A stretch of DNA of 64,000 nucleotides, taken from NCBI RefSeq assembly GCF_009914755.1, contig NC_060947.1; one strand, written 5' to 3'. Positions 12,741 through 30,459 of the stretch are shown one piece after another. Below the pieces are notes generated by a model. It ran no database searches. It worked only from the letters and a program-made list of their open reading frames with translations, and had not been told where the DNA came from. Source of the DNA: the human T2T-CHM13v2.0 reference genome, Homo sapiens. Every line of letters starts with the position of its first letter. Within the stretch, counting starts at the first letter, position 1. The position numbers and the translations under genes were made by a program.

Positions 12741-14688
12741 ACTCCTGTATTCTAAAGTGAGCTGCCGACCACCTAGCAAATAAATAGAACGAGTTTCTGC
12801 CAGCATTAGCCCATTAAGCCATGTCAGAAATATAAAATAGTTGAGGTAGAAGAGAGAGAAAAAGAATTTTTAGAGTTTTGTCAGTGTGCTGGACATTCTG
12901 CCTATATTCATGAGGGAGGGTCAATGGTTTGTGCCCCTTTGCCACAAACCATTGACAAAGAGCTTCAGAAAGCCTGACTGATGCCCATGAAGGTTGAGAG
13001 ACACAGGAACTAGTGTCTGACTCACACAGTGAAAATCAAGAGGCTGTGGCTGGAGATATTCCTGGAAAGGGGACACTAAGAGTACGACTTGTGAGAGAAC
13101 AAGCAATTCCACCAATTACAAAAGAAGGATGTTGATTTCCAGGGTCAACATGTCATCCTGGGAAAAAGAGAGGCCTGATAAGTACTTCATAAGGAAGCCA
13201 CTCAAGAGAACTGCCTGCAGAGGAAGAAAGACCCCAACAGAATTAGAGCTCACAAAGTCCTTGGGATTGAGAAGGACTCTAAGTGATAAGTCACAGTGAA
13301 GGCATTGCATGTGGCAGGAATATAAAATCTGAGGTATCTGAAGAAAGGAAAAGTGCTTCCTAACATCATCAGTTCGTGATTTCCTCCATATCTCAGAGCC
13401 CCCAGATCATACTATGTCTTTGCCAAATATGCCAGTGTGTGTTCTTCTCCCTAAGTCTTTCCCACTGTGGGGATCTCATCAGGGGAAAGAGAATGAGCAG
13501 TCAACTGGGGTGCAGATGCAGAAAGAACATATGCACCTGGGGCTGAAAGATCAGTCCCCAAGATTCATGAATTGAGGTTTTGATTATTATACTGAAATAG
13601 GCAGGTTTCTTACAGTTGAAAGTGGCTCAGGACACTTCGCTATGTAAGAATAACCAGAAAAACTATGGGACCCACCTTAGCTTTCTTCCCAAACATGGAA
13701 AGAACAGGTCTCTAAGCCAGTTTTCACAGGGAAAAAGAAAAATAATAAACTACTTTCTTTTGACCCAGTTGACATATTTCAACAGGAATTCTAATGAACA
13801 AACAGTGATAAAATTCCAATCTGACTATGCTCCAAGGTTTATGATAACCCAGAAGTCATAGTGAGGACCGCAGGAGAGTCATATAGGTGTGTACTAAGGA
13901 TACCATGAGGCAAGAGATTATGAAACATTATGACTTCTCAGCTATCCACAAACATATATTTCTAGTATTTTATAAGGCCTTCAAAATTATGAAAGAAAAC
14001 ATCTAAATCCCACCATGTCACATTACGATGGAAAAATCGAGTACAAATGCAAAAACTGGTGTCCATCAATCTGCAGGGCTCCCCAGTATAGTGAGTTCCA
14101 ATTGACATGATTCCAGAAGCTGTGGTAAAATCAAAGGTATATAAACACCAAGTCTTCTTAAGGGACCTTTAAATATACAAAACAGACTCCTTGAGAAAAC
14201 TCACAATAAAAAGTACCCAGGCTTGAAAACTCAGGGACAACTTCACACTGGAGGTGACCCAGTAAAATTTCTCTCTGACAATAACCAGGAGCATTCAGGC
14301 TCAGAGTGATCTGAAAGCAGTCATATATGTGGAAGGGTCTGCATGCACATTGGCAATTCCTACAATGGGAGGCAAAGGAACAGTGGCTTTCCCTCACTTT
14401 ATCCATCACCACTTTCCAGTATTCACCTTTGTCCACTCTTCCTCCCCTTCTCTCCTACATTCCCCTATTTCTCTGATTTCTCCTAGTCTCTCCTATTCTC
14501 CCACACTATGCCAAAGGATAGCTGTAAAGAGTACAGTGGTTCTCTGACTTAGATCAGGATCCCAATCCTGCAAGGACACTTTCCTAAAGCTACATGGGCA
14601 CAGAGTCCTAATGAAACACATTTCCCTTCTCATCTTCCATATGTAGGTTTTCTTAAAGTATATCTACCTACAAAACATCCTGGGCCTC

Positions 14689-15053
14689 TGTATTAGTCTG
14701 TTTTTTTTTTTTTTCACACTGCTGATAAAGATATACCCAAGACTGGGCAATTTACAAAAGAAAGAGGTTTGATTGGACTTACAGTTCCATGTGGCTGGGG
14801 AAGCCTCACAATCATGGCAGAAGGCAAGGAATAGCAAGTCATGTCTTACATGGATGGCAGCAGGCAAAGAGAGAGCTTGTACAGGGGAACTCCTCTTTCT
14901 AAAACCATCAGATCTCATGAGACTTATTCACTATCACGAGAACAGCACAGGAAAGACTTGCCCCCATGATTCAATTACCTCACACCGCGTCCCTCCCACA
15001 ACACATGGGAATTCAAGATGAGATTTGGGTGGGGACACAGCCAAACCATATCA
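14689..15053 (-). mobile_element. THE1 solo LTR
   Basis: LTR termini present; TSD GCCTC. Confidence 0.92.
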
Positions 15054-16256
15054 GCCTCCATAAGGTTTCCTCTCTTCCTTCTCGCAATCAATTTCTCCCA
15101 TTTTAGGAAAGCAATGTGAAAAGGCTCACCCACCCAGTTCTTAAAAGGTGCGTTTCTCAAAATGTGGATGCCATAGATCTGAATTCAAAGCCAGTCTCTG
15201 TCAGTTTCTAGCTCGGTGTCCTTTCCTAGGCTCACTTTCCTCCTCTCTAAATTAAGCTGAGTGCTTTATGTTACACAGTCCCTGCATTTCATGCAGTTCC
15301 TGGAGTCACTATATGCCTTCCAGTGTCAAGACTTCCATATTGTTTTCTGGGTCCCTGGGATGCCCTTTCTTAAACCACCCTCCTCTACCCAGGCCATTTC
15401 TTCACCTAGTTTCACCCTCCTTGTCCTCAGGTGTTCAAATATCACTTCCTCATAAAACCATTTCTGACCACTCACTCTCTGTATAGCACTATGTTACAGC
15501 TGTCCAAGCTAACATCTGCATCCTATCCTGTAGGTCACCAAGGAAAGATGAAAGCAGTATAAAGAAAAGTATGTTATCATTGTAGCAGTTATTGCTTAAC
15601 ATCTAAACACTTATACAACATTGGTTTACAGTCTGTGAATGCCACTGGAGGTACTCAAAAGTATTCCTGAAATTATGTCATGAAGATATATTTTTTGCAG
15701 TTTTCCCTCTATAAGCATTATCAGGACTCAGCAAGAATGGGACTTTCCTCAATACAAAACATAAATGATTCAATGAGAAGACTTCAGTCAGTGGCACAAG
15801 CTGAGGGAGACATTTGGAGATGCACGTGCTTTTCACGGGATCATGGAATCACATTCAGTGAGTGACTTTCTACATATGGATAAGGCCTGCTCCACAAGCC
15901 AATACCAATCAGTGCTACCTTGATTTTTTAAAGACAATCAAAGAAAAACACAAGTGCCAAGCCATGAGGAATACTCAGAGAGGTGTCCCAGGAATTAGAA
16001 CGTTCTCTCTTGCTCATTCTCCAAAATGTAAATTAAAACGGAAATCATGTTTGAAATCTGTTCTTCCTATTATACAACCTTGACTACACATACAAATGAT
16101 GAACTATTAACTTACTCATATTTGTCTAGGGGCTACATTCAAAGTTCAAATGTCCTAATACCAAGGTGTAGGACAACCATTTGTGACTTTCAGCTTTAGG
16201 AACCTTAGCTCACACTCCTTTGAACTTGTACGTTTTATACTGAATCTGATATTTTA

Positions 16257-16581
<325 letters not shown>

Positions 16582-18887
16582 GAATCTGGTATTTGATTGA
16601 TATATTGCAGAAGTTTTACAGTATTAAAGTATAAAAAGCTGTGCTAAGGCTTTATATTTAACGTCTCACTTCAGCATCACCACATAGAAAGGGTCAAGAA
16701 ATATCTCCCATCTACACATAGAGAAACTTAGGATCAGGTCTAGTACTTCTCACTAGGAGACACAAAGATCCCTTTTATATTCATGTTTAGCTGCCACTCT
16801 GGGAACATTTCCCAGGATTTCTTGTCTTCACGTGCTGGAATTGGAATCACTTGGTTGTTTTTGAGCCAGATCCTGATGGATTATCATGCCCTGTACAATT
16901 GTCCTAACTTGGGCAGCGCAGACCTGTTTACCTTATTAACTTTATTAGTTCCCATCCTCAAAGGGTCATTATCCATAGGCATCCACATGGGCATGAACAG
17001 GAGAAATGTTACTTGAGAAATCTGCTGGTATTTTTTGTATACATAAGGCTGAAACTTGACCAACCATTTGTCATGCTACCAGGCACCAATCATCTACCCT
17101 GTCAGCCCATGGGCACCTGGCCAGATGTGAGCCAAAATGTAATAAGGTGCATTTACAGGGAGGCTTTCCAGCACAAGCACCGCAGCCCATATCGCCACCC
17201 ATTAAGCAGAATTCCCTTTTCCATGCACAGGTCCAAGCAGATTTCTTGGGGGTTGCACAGCTTCTGCTGTGAGTAGAAACTGTCTGCCTTTAACTTATGG
17301 ATGCGTCCATAAACCAGACCCAGGTATCCCAGGAACCTGAGTGTTCCAAAGCCACCAGAAACCTGAGATGCTGGCATAGTCCCTGCATCTGAGACAGCCA
17401 CATCTAGAGGGTGACTGGACACTTTTTCCTGTACCTCTGAGACACTATTAATTCCTGTTTCACATCTTCCCTTGATATCCCACTTTTACTTAAAAATGGA
17501 TGCTTCTTGGGAAATATTCACTTTGATGGTGTTCTCATTTGACACCAAATTCATGATAGAGAAAGTCAGGAGAAAACACCTGTTCTTGCTTTGTTACTCT
17601 CACGATGTTCACCAGCAACAACTAACAAGCCAGAAATAGCCTCTCAAATGGGGTATATCAGGTAGCAGTTTCAGGCAAAGGCCACAAACAAATCCCAAAG
17701 CCTGCCTTCATCTAATGGCCACATCTTTTTGCTACAAGTTCCTATCTGCATAAATGCCAATCGGTGCCACTTTCCCTCAAGACTTGGTTCATGTGGAAAT
17801 GTGTTCTGTACATCCTTCAGGAGAGTTTCTAAGGCATGTTTTTGGTAAAACTGAATGCCATTCTAGTAATTTTATGTCATTAGTTAAGCAAGTTCCTATG
17901 TGAGAAATGAAGTATATCCAATACTTAACAAGCCTATCATAAGGTGGGCTTTTTTATCATATGCTGTTCAAAACTAGATTAGCTGGAGTTTTTTTAGTCC
18001 ATCGGATTCTCTTTAAAGACTCAAGGATTGCACTCTGAGCATCAGCCCACATTGTTCACAAAACTTTATGTCAGTGTCTAGTTCCCAATTCTTTTCAGGG
18101 TTTAATCTTCCAGCCCTAGTCACTCAGATATCTGACCATCTACCCTTCAGCAAATTGTACTCTATCCTTAAAACTTCCATTTAGAATCATGTCATCCATG
18201 TAGTAGTATCAAGACAGCGCTGGTAAGGTTTCAATCTTTTCCACGTCTAGACTATGTCCACTTGTGAAAAATCTTGGAGAGTATAGATTCTCTGTGGCAG
18301 CATGGTAAACATATATGTAATGCCACATTTAGAACCCAAACTTGCTTTCATAAGTACGTGCTCCTCTGGGACCTGAGTTTCTCTTTTCCACTTGTCTTAT
18401 TCAGTCTCATCTCTAAGAATCCAAGCCATGTTTCAATGGCACCTGCTATGAAGGCCCATGAAGGCAAATGGACTCTGATCCCATGGATGCAGTGGTTACT
18501 TGAATAAAGCATTAACGTGTCCACCACCATTAACCAGCGATCCCAGTCTTTGCAATGGATGAGAGAGCATCTTGATATCAGGAACTGCAAGTGCAAAAAA
18601 GACTACTGTCAAATACTGTCAAATTAAACTGATGATACAGCACAGTGAGATGTGAAGAATCCTTGGCTTTTTCAGGGACATAACAGGGCTATTCTAAAGT
18701 CATACAGTCTCATTAAGCACCTCTGCCTCTATTACATCCTTGATCAGGGTAGGAACCTCCTCCTTTCACCCTCCTCCCCTCGTTGTCCCTCGCCACAACG
18801 TAGTATCCTACACTGCTTTATTTATACCTCATGGCTGAGCTGTGGAAGCCTGGTGGGCTCCCGGTTGTCCACTCAACTCACTACCAC

Positions 18888-20021
<1,134 letters not shown>

Positions 20022-20349
20022 CCACTGTTCCAATCATGGCATTTCCCCATTGGAAACATCATTTATAATCAAGAGAAGAATCACAAATACTTAACACAGC
20101 TCTTCCCACAATCCACTCAATAGTATCAGTTACAACATCTTGCGTGTACTGTTCCATAAGAGCCCACGCATAAACTTACATCAGTCTAATTTGAGACTTA
20201 TTTCCACATCCAAAGTAAAAATTGTACCATGCCCATGGAGGCTTCAAGGCATTACAGGGACTTGTGCCTCAGCATCCATAAGGACTGAAAAAGTTTGGAA
20301 AGTGATGCCAAGCCTCCAACACACTTTGACAAGTGGATAAAGCCTCTAG

Positions 20350-20740
<391 letters not shown>

Positions 20741-22509
20741 TGAAGGTGTTAGATCAACAACATTCCAAACAGCACAGACATTAGCAAGGTTTTCTAGGTC
20801 TTCTTGGTCTCCCTCATATCATCAGCAATGTAGTCATGGCCAGGCAGGCTTAAAACATCAGGTAGATTTTTAGGCAAAATGGTGATCTCCTTACAACACT
20901 GGGTAGGTGATTAGGCAAAACAATGATCTCCGCTCACTCCCTCCAACACGACTGCCAGTGCTCCCTCATCTGTTTGTGGAGGAGGAAACCTCTATAGACT
21001 CATCGGGCTTTTACTCAAACCTATCCTTCATGTTCCTTCCATTCTGTTCATTGTAGAAGTAGACTTCAGAATATCTCTATATAAGTGACTGCACTCTACC
21101 AGCAGCTACTGTTTTCCTTGTGGTCATAGGTAATGGCCAGGGGAAAACTGTTTCAATTTCCCAGTAACACAGATGGATACTCAACAAAGAGGAATTGCAT
21201 TTCTTAGATTTATGTCTAACATGAACTATCAACTCAAGACAGCACGTGTCTCAGAGACAAAGGTGAAAGATCACATGGCCCTTATCATCAAATAATTTAT
21301 CAATGTGGTCTGTTTATGAGTACCAGTGTTGTGAACATTAAGGTGTTTTCTATTCTGCAGCACTATTCTGGTGGTGGATGGGCAGCACAAAGCCCCCATC
21401 CCAAAAGACCACGGAGAAGATGAAAAACTGCCTCATAAAAACTTTTCAAGGAGGATACGTAGGTGAGTGGAAGATGGCCTCAGAGCAATACCTCACAAGC
21501 TTCCTATCCTCTTGCATTCTGAGAAGACTGCAAGGCATTCTGCCACATTTAGATAAACCATGCTCAAGCTCTGCCCTATGTGGCCTATATGGGTATCTGT
21601 AGGGTGACCAGGACAAAATGTAGATGCAGTGCCCTACACATGGATAACACCTGGGAGTTCCTCCTCCTGGAACATCTGTAAGTCAAAATATCTTCCCATT
21701 CATGGTGGAAGCTGATGCTGTCCATTACCCACCATGTGTTACTCTATAGAACTCTAAGTTGTATAACTGGAGACGCACCACGATGAAAGAGGGGAAGAGG
21801 GATGGTTTGAATGACACTAGTGAAACAGCATCAGTAAACTTCACTCACAGCCCTAAGTTATAGGAATATGAGATTAGTGTCTGACTCATTAGAAAAAAAA
21901 TCTGAGGCTGTATCTATCCTTTCCAGAATTTACAAAAGGGGGCTCATTGGGTAGTGACTTCTATCTCCTGTAGAAGAAAAGCTTATGTTCTCCATGTGGA
22001 AATATGGACAATAAGAAAGGGAGTGTGATGGGATTTTCTCCACCATCAAGAGGAAAGGATGAAAAGAACTTCCTCCTTGCTTCAAACAAATGGCAAAGAG
22101 CATCTGAAGCCTTGTCTTACACCCCTGGAGTGTTGAAACACAAGGGTTAGTAATAAGTTCATATAAGCGAAGTCAAGAACCTGGAGTTTAAGCTTCTCTG
22201 CCAGAAGATACAATAAGAAGCTGGCTTGAGAGCAAACTGCACTTTTGCCATATGCAGAAGAAAAGGCTGTAATTTCCAGTGTCACATGTGGAGGCTACAA
22301 TATTGAATGGCTTCAAACTGTATTAAAACTAAAGTACCCAAGAAGAACCCTTGGAAATAAAAGAGGAAGCCCTACAGAAAAGTGGGCCAAAAGTTCCCAG
22401 GGGCTAGGGCACATCTAGTGGCCAGGCAGAGGAAAAACATTCCTGAAAGCCTACCTTAAATAGGAGGTTGAACACAAGCCCTCTCATTTAAGAGATTTTT
22501 CAGATGCTC

Positions 22510-22825
22510 TGTTATTGATTGAATCATGTATTTCAAAAATTCAGATGTTGAATACCTAACATCTAGTATTTCAAAGCACAAATTTATTTGGAAACCGGGG
22601 GGTTACAATACTAATAAAGATAAAATAAAGTTCTTATAGTGGTCCTATTCTAATATGAATAGTGTCCTTATAAGAGGAGATTTAGACATAGACACAAATA
22701 CAGGAGAATGCCATTTGAACATGAAGACAGCCATCTACAAGCCAAAATGAGATGGCTGGACCAGATTGTTCCCTCACAGCCCTCAGAAAAAATAAACCCA
22801 GCCAATACCTTGAATTTCAACTTCT
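22510..22825 (+). mobile_element. MLT1A/B-like LTR (shared insertion, copy b, 3' truncated)
   Basis: Same left junction gctc|tgttat as 12212 and 38395. Confidence 0.78.
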
Positions 22826-24130
22826 AATCAACACACACACATAATATTTGAGGTAGAGAGAGAAAAGAATTCTTAGAAAGAGTTGTTGGTATGGTGGGCA
22901 TTTTCTCCACATTTGTAAGAGAGGAACAATGATTGCTTCTCACTTGATGTAAACCACTGACAATGAGATTCAGACAAGTTGACTGATGCCCATAAAGGTT
23001 GAGGGACACAGGAACTAGCAACTGACTTGTACAAGGAAAAACAGAAAGCTGAGACTGGGGGTGCCCCTGGAGCACAGCAAAAGCTTGCCTGGTAAGTGAA
23101 CAGCAATTCTACCATTTACAAAAGAAAAATACTTGATTTCCAGAATCCATTTGTGGACCTGGGGGAAGAAAAGAGCCTGAGAATACCTTTAAAGGAATAT
23201 CAGCCAAGAGAACCACATGGAGGTACAAAAAGAGCTCAGTACTGGTAGATACCACAAAAGGCCAAGGAACTATGGGGTGGGGGGGGCATGCAGTTTAAGT
23301 GACCAATCAGAAGAAAGGCCCCGCATCGGGCAGGGGCATGATGTCTGAAGTCCCCATGAGATCTTCCACTCAGGATTTCTTATCTCAGAACCCCATACCT
23401 GCATTACAAAGCGAATCATGCAAGAGTGTGATTTTCTCCCTGAGCCCTTCTCTTGCTCTCTCAAGGTCTCATCAGGGGGATAAAAATAAGCAAATACTCA
23501 ACTGGGGTATAGATGGAGAAAATAAAGGCCAAAAAATGGGTGCCATTTCCACTCCCAACCCATATATGCACGTCACCCGCAGGATTCCAATACTCAAGCA
23601 AGCCTCATCTGGGAGTAGAAGATCTTGCCCAAGATTCAGGAAATGATGTATTGATTATTACACTAGAATAAGCTTCTTACAAGATGGAAGTAGCCACAGG
23701 ACATTCAGCTTTATGACAGTAACCAGAAAAGCTATGAGAACATCCTGGGCTTTTTTCCCAGACATGAGAAGAACAGGTAGGCAACGTGGTTTTCATAGGA
23801 AAAAGAATGAAGTTGCTTTCTTTTTGTTAGACTTTATTCACATCAGTTCAACAGGACTTGAATGAAGAAACAGTGATCAAAGTCCAATTTGACTATGCTC
23901 CAAAGTTATATGACAACCTAGAAGTCATATTAAGGACTGCAGGAGAGTCATCCACATTGTCACTATTTGATAGCACAATGCCAGAGATAACGACACACTG
24001 CGACCTTTCAACCATCCACAAATATATTTTTCTATTACTTTCTAAGGGACCTTTAAAATTACAAAAGAAATCACCTAGTACCCTGAAGTGTCACATTACA
24101 ACAGGAAAATGGAGTAAAAATGCAGAAACT

Positions 24131-24608
<478 letters not shown>

Positions 24609-24748
24609 TCACATTTTCTCCACATTCATGAGAGAGGAACAATGATTGCTTTCCCCTTGATGCAAACCATTGACAAAGAGATTCAGAAAAGTTGGCTGAT
24701 GCCCATGAAGGTTGAGGGGGACAGTAACTAGTGTCTGAACTAGGCTTA

Positions 24749-25078
<330 letters not shown>

Positions 25079-25589
25079 TCACACTGGAGATAATCCAATA
25101 TATAAATTCTCTCTAGAATAACCAAGATAACTCAGGCCCAGAGAGAGTTAAATGTAGTCACATATGTGGAGGGTCTGCTTGATCTCTGACTACTCCTACA
25201 AGGATAGGATAAAGAAACACAGGTTTTACCCCACTTTACTCAACCTCAATTTCCCAGTATTCTCTCAGTGTCCTCTTTTCTCTGCTCCTTCCTCAGTTTT
25301 CCCCTCGTTGTCTACTTTCCCCACATCTCTCCCATTCTCACTCATTCCGCTAGTGGTATTTATAAAGAATGCAGTGGTTCTCAGGTTAGGTCCCCAATGC
25401 TACGGGAGGCTTCTTAGGAGTACCTGGGTACAGAGATTCTAAAATAATCCATTTTGTCATTCCTATCTTCCATATGTATGTGTTCCTAAATAATATCCAC
25501 CTATAAAGAACCTGAGCCTCAACCAGTTTCTCCTCTCTTGCTTCTCATAATCTCCCTTTTCACTTCTCCTATTTACCAACCATAAACCT

Positions 25590-26680
25590 CTTAGACAGAA
25601 AAATATTTGTAAATATCTGCAATAGTGTGTTACATAAGAGTTTCATAAGTAAAACAGCAGGCGCAGGATAAACCATAAAAAATATGTGAATTGGAAATCA
25701 TCATAATTAAAATCTTTTGCGCCAAAGGACATTATCAAGAAAGTTAAGACAATCCACGAAATCGGAGAAAATAATTGCAAATTATATATGTGATAAGGTT
25801 GTAGTAACCAGAATAAACAAAATACTCTTAAAACTCTACAATAAAGGACAACCCAATTTTAAAATGGGCAAGCATATGAATACACATTTCTCCCGAAAGG
25901 ATATACAAAGTCCTAAAAAGCAAATGAAAAGATGTTCAACATCATTTGTCATTAGGGAAATATAAATCAAAATCACAGTAGATACCACTTCACATCTACT
26001 AGAATGGCTATAATCAAAAAACAGGGACAATAACAAATGTTGGCAAGGATTTGGAGAAATTGAAAGCCTCATACATTGCTGACATGAAATAGTGCAGCCA
26101 CTGCAGAAAACACTTTGGCAGGCCTTCACAAAGTCAGAGTTACCATATCCTACAATTCCAATCCTAGGTAAATACACAATAGAATTGAACATATGTTCAT
26201 AGAAAAACTTATTCTCAAATGTTCATAGCAGCATTATCCACAATAGCCAAAAGTGGAAACAAACTAATGTCCATTAACTGATAAATGTATAGAGAAAATG
26301 TTTATACAATGAAATATTATTCACCCATAAAAAGGAATGAAGGATTGACACATGCTGCAACATGGATGAACCTAGAAAACAATTATGCTACATGAAAAAA
26401 GCCATTCACAAAAGGTAACATATTGCATGATTCCATGTATAGGAAATATCCACAATAGGCAAATCCATAGAGTCAGATAGAAGATTAGTGGTTGTGAGGT
26501 AATGGGAAGTAGGGGCACTGAGAGTGACTGCTAATACATATAGGGTATCATTTCTGGAATAATGGAAATGTTCTTGAATGAGACAGTGGCAATTGTTCCA
26601 TAACACTGTGATTATACTAAAAACCACTGAACTATATGCTTTAAAATGGTGAATTGTATCTCAAGAAAACTGTAAAATAA
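25590..26680 (+). mobile_element. L1MB-type 3' portion
   Basis: ORF2 C-terminus (MKRCSTSFVIRE) and 3' UTR ggcaaatccatagag. Confidence 0.82.
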
Positions 26681-27080
26681 AACAATAAATATTTATCAAA
26701 CTCATAGTTTATGTGTGGATCACGAATTCAGGAACGGCTGAGCTGGGTGTTTCTGGCACAGGGCATCTCATGCGATTACAGTCAAGAATTCAACCAGGGC
26801 TGCAGTGATCTGAATTGATTAGAGCTGGAAAATCTGCTTCCAAAATGGTACAGTCACAAGGCTGGGAAGGTAGTGCTGGTAGGTTGTGGGAGACCTCAGA
26901 TTCCTCCCACATGAGCCTCTCTGGGGGCTGCTGGAGTATCTTCAATGACTCGGTAGATGATTTTCCCCAGAATGAGTAATCCCAGTGAGAGACAGAGAGA
27001 AGCCTCAGTAGTCACAAAACATTACTTCCATCTTATATATTTAAGAGAAGTGAGTCCCTAAGTCTGGCCCACACTCAAGG
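26680..27080 (-). mobile_element. MLT1F/G-like LTR
   Basis: tgtggatcacgaattcagg...aagtctggcccacactcaagg; paralog at 54880-55170 plus 58455-58600. Confidence 0.65.
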
Positions 27081-27262
27081 TAAATCATATTTATCCTATC
27101 ATTTCAACTTGATCACATAGGGAAGGTATTATTCTCTCTCATCTACGGATGAGGAAACTGAGGCTCAGAGAGATCAAATAAATTTCCCAAGGCCAATAGC
27201 TGCCAGAAGTCATTTTTGTTTTTGTTCTTAATGTATTTTTTTTATTCTTATAGATTTAGGGG

Positions 27263-27987
<725 letters not shown>

Positions 27988-28215
27988 AGGGGGTATAAGT
28001 GCAGAGTTCTTACATGCATATATTGCATGGTAGTAGAATCTGGGCTCTTAGTGTACCCATCACCCAAATAGTGAATATTGTATCCAACAAGTAATTTTTC
28101 AGCCCTCACCCTCTCCCACCCTCCTATCTTCTGTAGTCTCCAATGTCTTTTATTCCACTCTATATATTTATGTGTACTCTTTGTTTAGCTCCCACTTAAA
28201 AGTGAGAATATGGCT

Positions 28216-28509
28216 GGCCAGGTGCAGTGGCTCACGCCTGTAATCCCGGCACTTTGGGAGGCCGAGGTGGGTGGATCATGAGGTCAGGAGTTCGAGACCA
28301 GCCTGGCCAACGTGGTGAAACCCTGTCTCTACTAAAAATACAAAAATTAGCCAGACATGGTGGTGGGTGCCTGTTATCCCAGCTACTTAGGAGGCTGAGT
28401 CAGGAGACTCATTTGAACCCAGGAGGCAGAGGATGCAGTGAGCCAAGATTGCGCCATTGCACTCCAGCCTGGGTGACAGGGCAAGATTCCACCTCAAAAA
28501 AAAAAAAAA
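28216..28509 (+). mobile_element. AluS
   Basis: Full dimer; TSD aaaagtgagaatatg. Confidence 0.92.
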
Positions 28510-29467
28510 GTGAGAATATGAGATATTTGACTTTGTGTTTCAGGAATTATTTCCCTTAGGATAATGGCCTCCAGTTATATCTATGTTGCTGCAGAAGACA
28601 TGATTTCTTTCATTCTTTTTATGGCTGACTAGTATTCCATGATATATACATACCACATTTCCTTTATCCAACCATCCATTGATGGACACTTAGGTTGATT
28701 CCATATCTTTGCTGTCGTCAATAGTGCTGCAATAAACATATGCAGAACTCGTTTTTGAACGTACAAACTGCTGACTCAAAACCTGTGCTCTTAACCTCCA
28801 CCATTGGTGTTTCTTAACCGGACATGCTATATGCAAAAGCAAGATGATGCATGTGGCCCAAAGGACCAGTTAAATACTCATCTTTGGGGCTGGAGACCAA
28901 GCGCCTGAATGGTTTTTAAGATCCCTAGGTGTTGCTGAGGTGCATCTTGGGTTTAGAACTACCCCCTCTGAGCCTGATGGGTTTCTATTATTAATATGGG
29001 TAGCTGACTCCAGCTGGATGGTATGTGCCTTGAGGACAGAGTTCCCACCTCAACCTTCCCTGTGGAACCTACTGTGACAGTACAATATCTGCCCAAAGGA
29101 AGCAAGCACTAGAAGGATTCTGAGCAACCGCCACCCAGGAAGAGAGTTTCTAGGAGGTTCCAAGTGAACTGAAGTATTCATGAGAGATGGCCAACATGGA
29201 TACTCTCCAGTAGGCAGGAGATTCACTAGGGCCCACTTGGGGTCAGTGCCTGCCACAGTCAGGGGCATCTCAATCCAACTCAGAGCAAAAGGGTGTCAGA
29301 AAATAATGCTCAGCACAAATTTTCTCTCGCAACTCTCAAGTGGGTCTTTGTCTGGGAGTGATTTGAGGCCCCCTACACAACCAAATCCTCATGATACCCA
29401 AAGAATATCAAAGAGTTTCAAAATGTACACTAATAGCTAACCCCCTTTGGTGTTGTATGTTCCATAG

Positions 29468-29684
29468 CAGCCATGCAGGTGCTCTTCCGAAGCCTCTGTA
29501 CAAAGATGTGTACAGAGTAATGCACTTCGGACTTAAGACCTAGAATGAGAAACTTTATCAGCAATGAATATTTCTACCTGAAGTCTTAGCCCCTTGACTG
29601 GGAGGGGTGCCAGATCATTGGCTCCTCCTGGAAGAAGGCACTAGGACAACTGAAAGTGAAGGGGTCCTTACACAACCAACACAT
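29468..29684 (+). pseudogene. Decayed paralog of the PRDX4 testis-type first exon
   Basis: Acceptor then ccATG (29473). Shares CCGAAGCC, in-frame GAC TGG GAG (DWE) and GAAAGTGAAG anchors with 60057-60255, and ends at a GTAAGT donor (29685). Has in-frame stops. Upstream 28900-29340 aligns to 59560-59990. Confidence 0.6.
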
Positions 29685-30120
29685 GTAAGTTGTTGACTGC
29701 TCAAATAAAGTGTTTTTCCAGACCTGAGACTGGTGTTTTCTTACCATTTGAACAGAGACTATTCTATTGAGAAAACAACTTTTTTCAGCACTTTCTTTTA
29801 GAAGTTTGAACCCAGTGTGTTTACCCTCTCCAAAGGAACCAATATTTCAGATGTAATTTTCACTTTTCCAGAATCGTTTTACTAAAGATGTTATCAATAA
29901 CCCAGTCACTGTGAGGGTACAACATGTAACCTTTTGCTACCATCTAGTGGAATTACTGAACTTTACACTGAAACATTTTTGCTTTAATACAGTCATTCTA
30001 CTACTTCATTACCTTTACCCAACACCAAGAAACACCCCTAACAAAAACAGCAAGATAGGTCCCCAGTGCCTTATCCCCTTTGGTGCTCTTCAATGAACAC
30101 CACCTCCATATAGCTTTTTT

Positions 30121-30459
<339 letters not shown>

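Noticed and set aside
17153-17422. Possible non-retroviral endogenous viral element or novel gene
   Set aside because: Adjacent frames give RNase H, RT and protease motifs in retroviral pol order, so it is ERVL-like.
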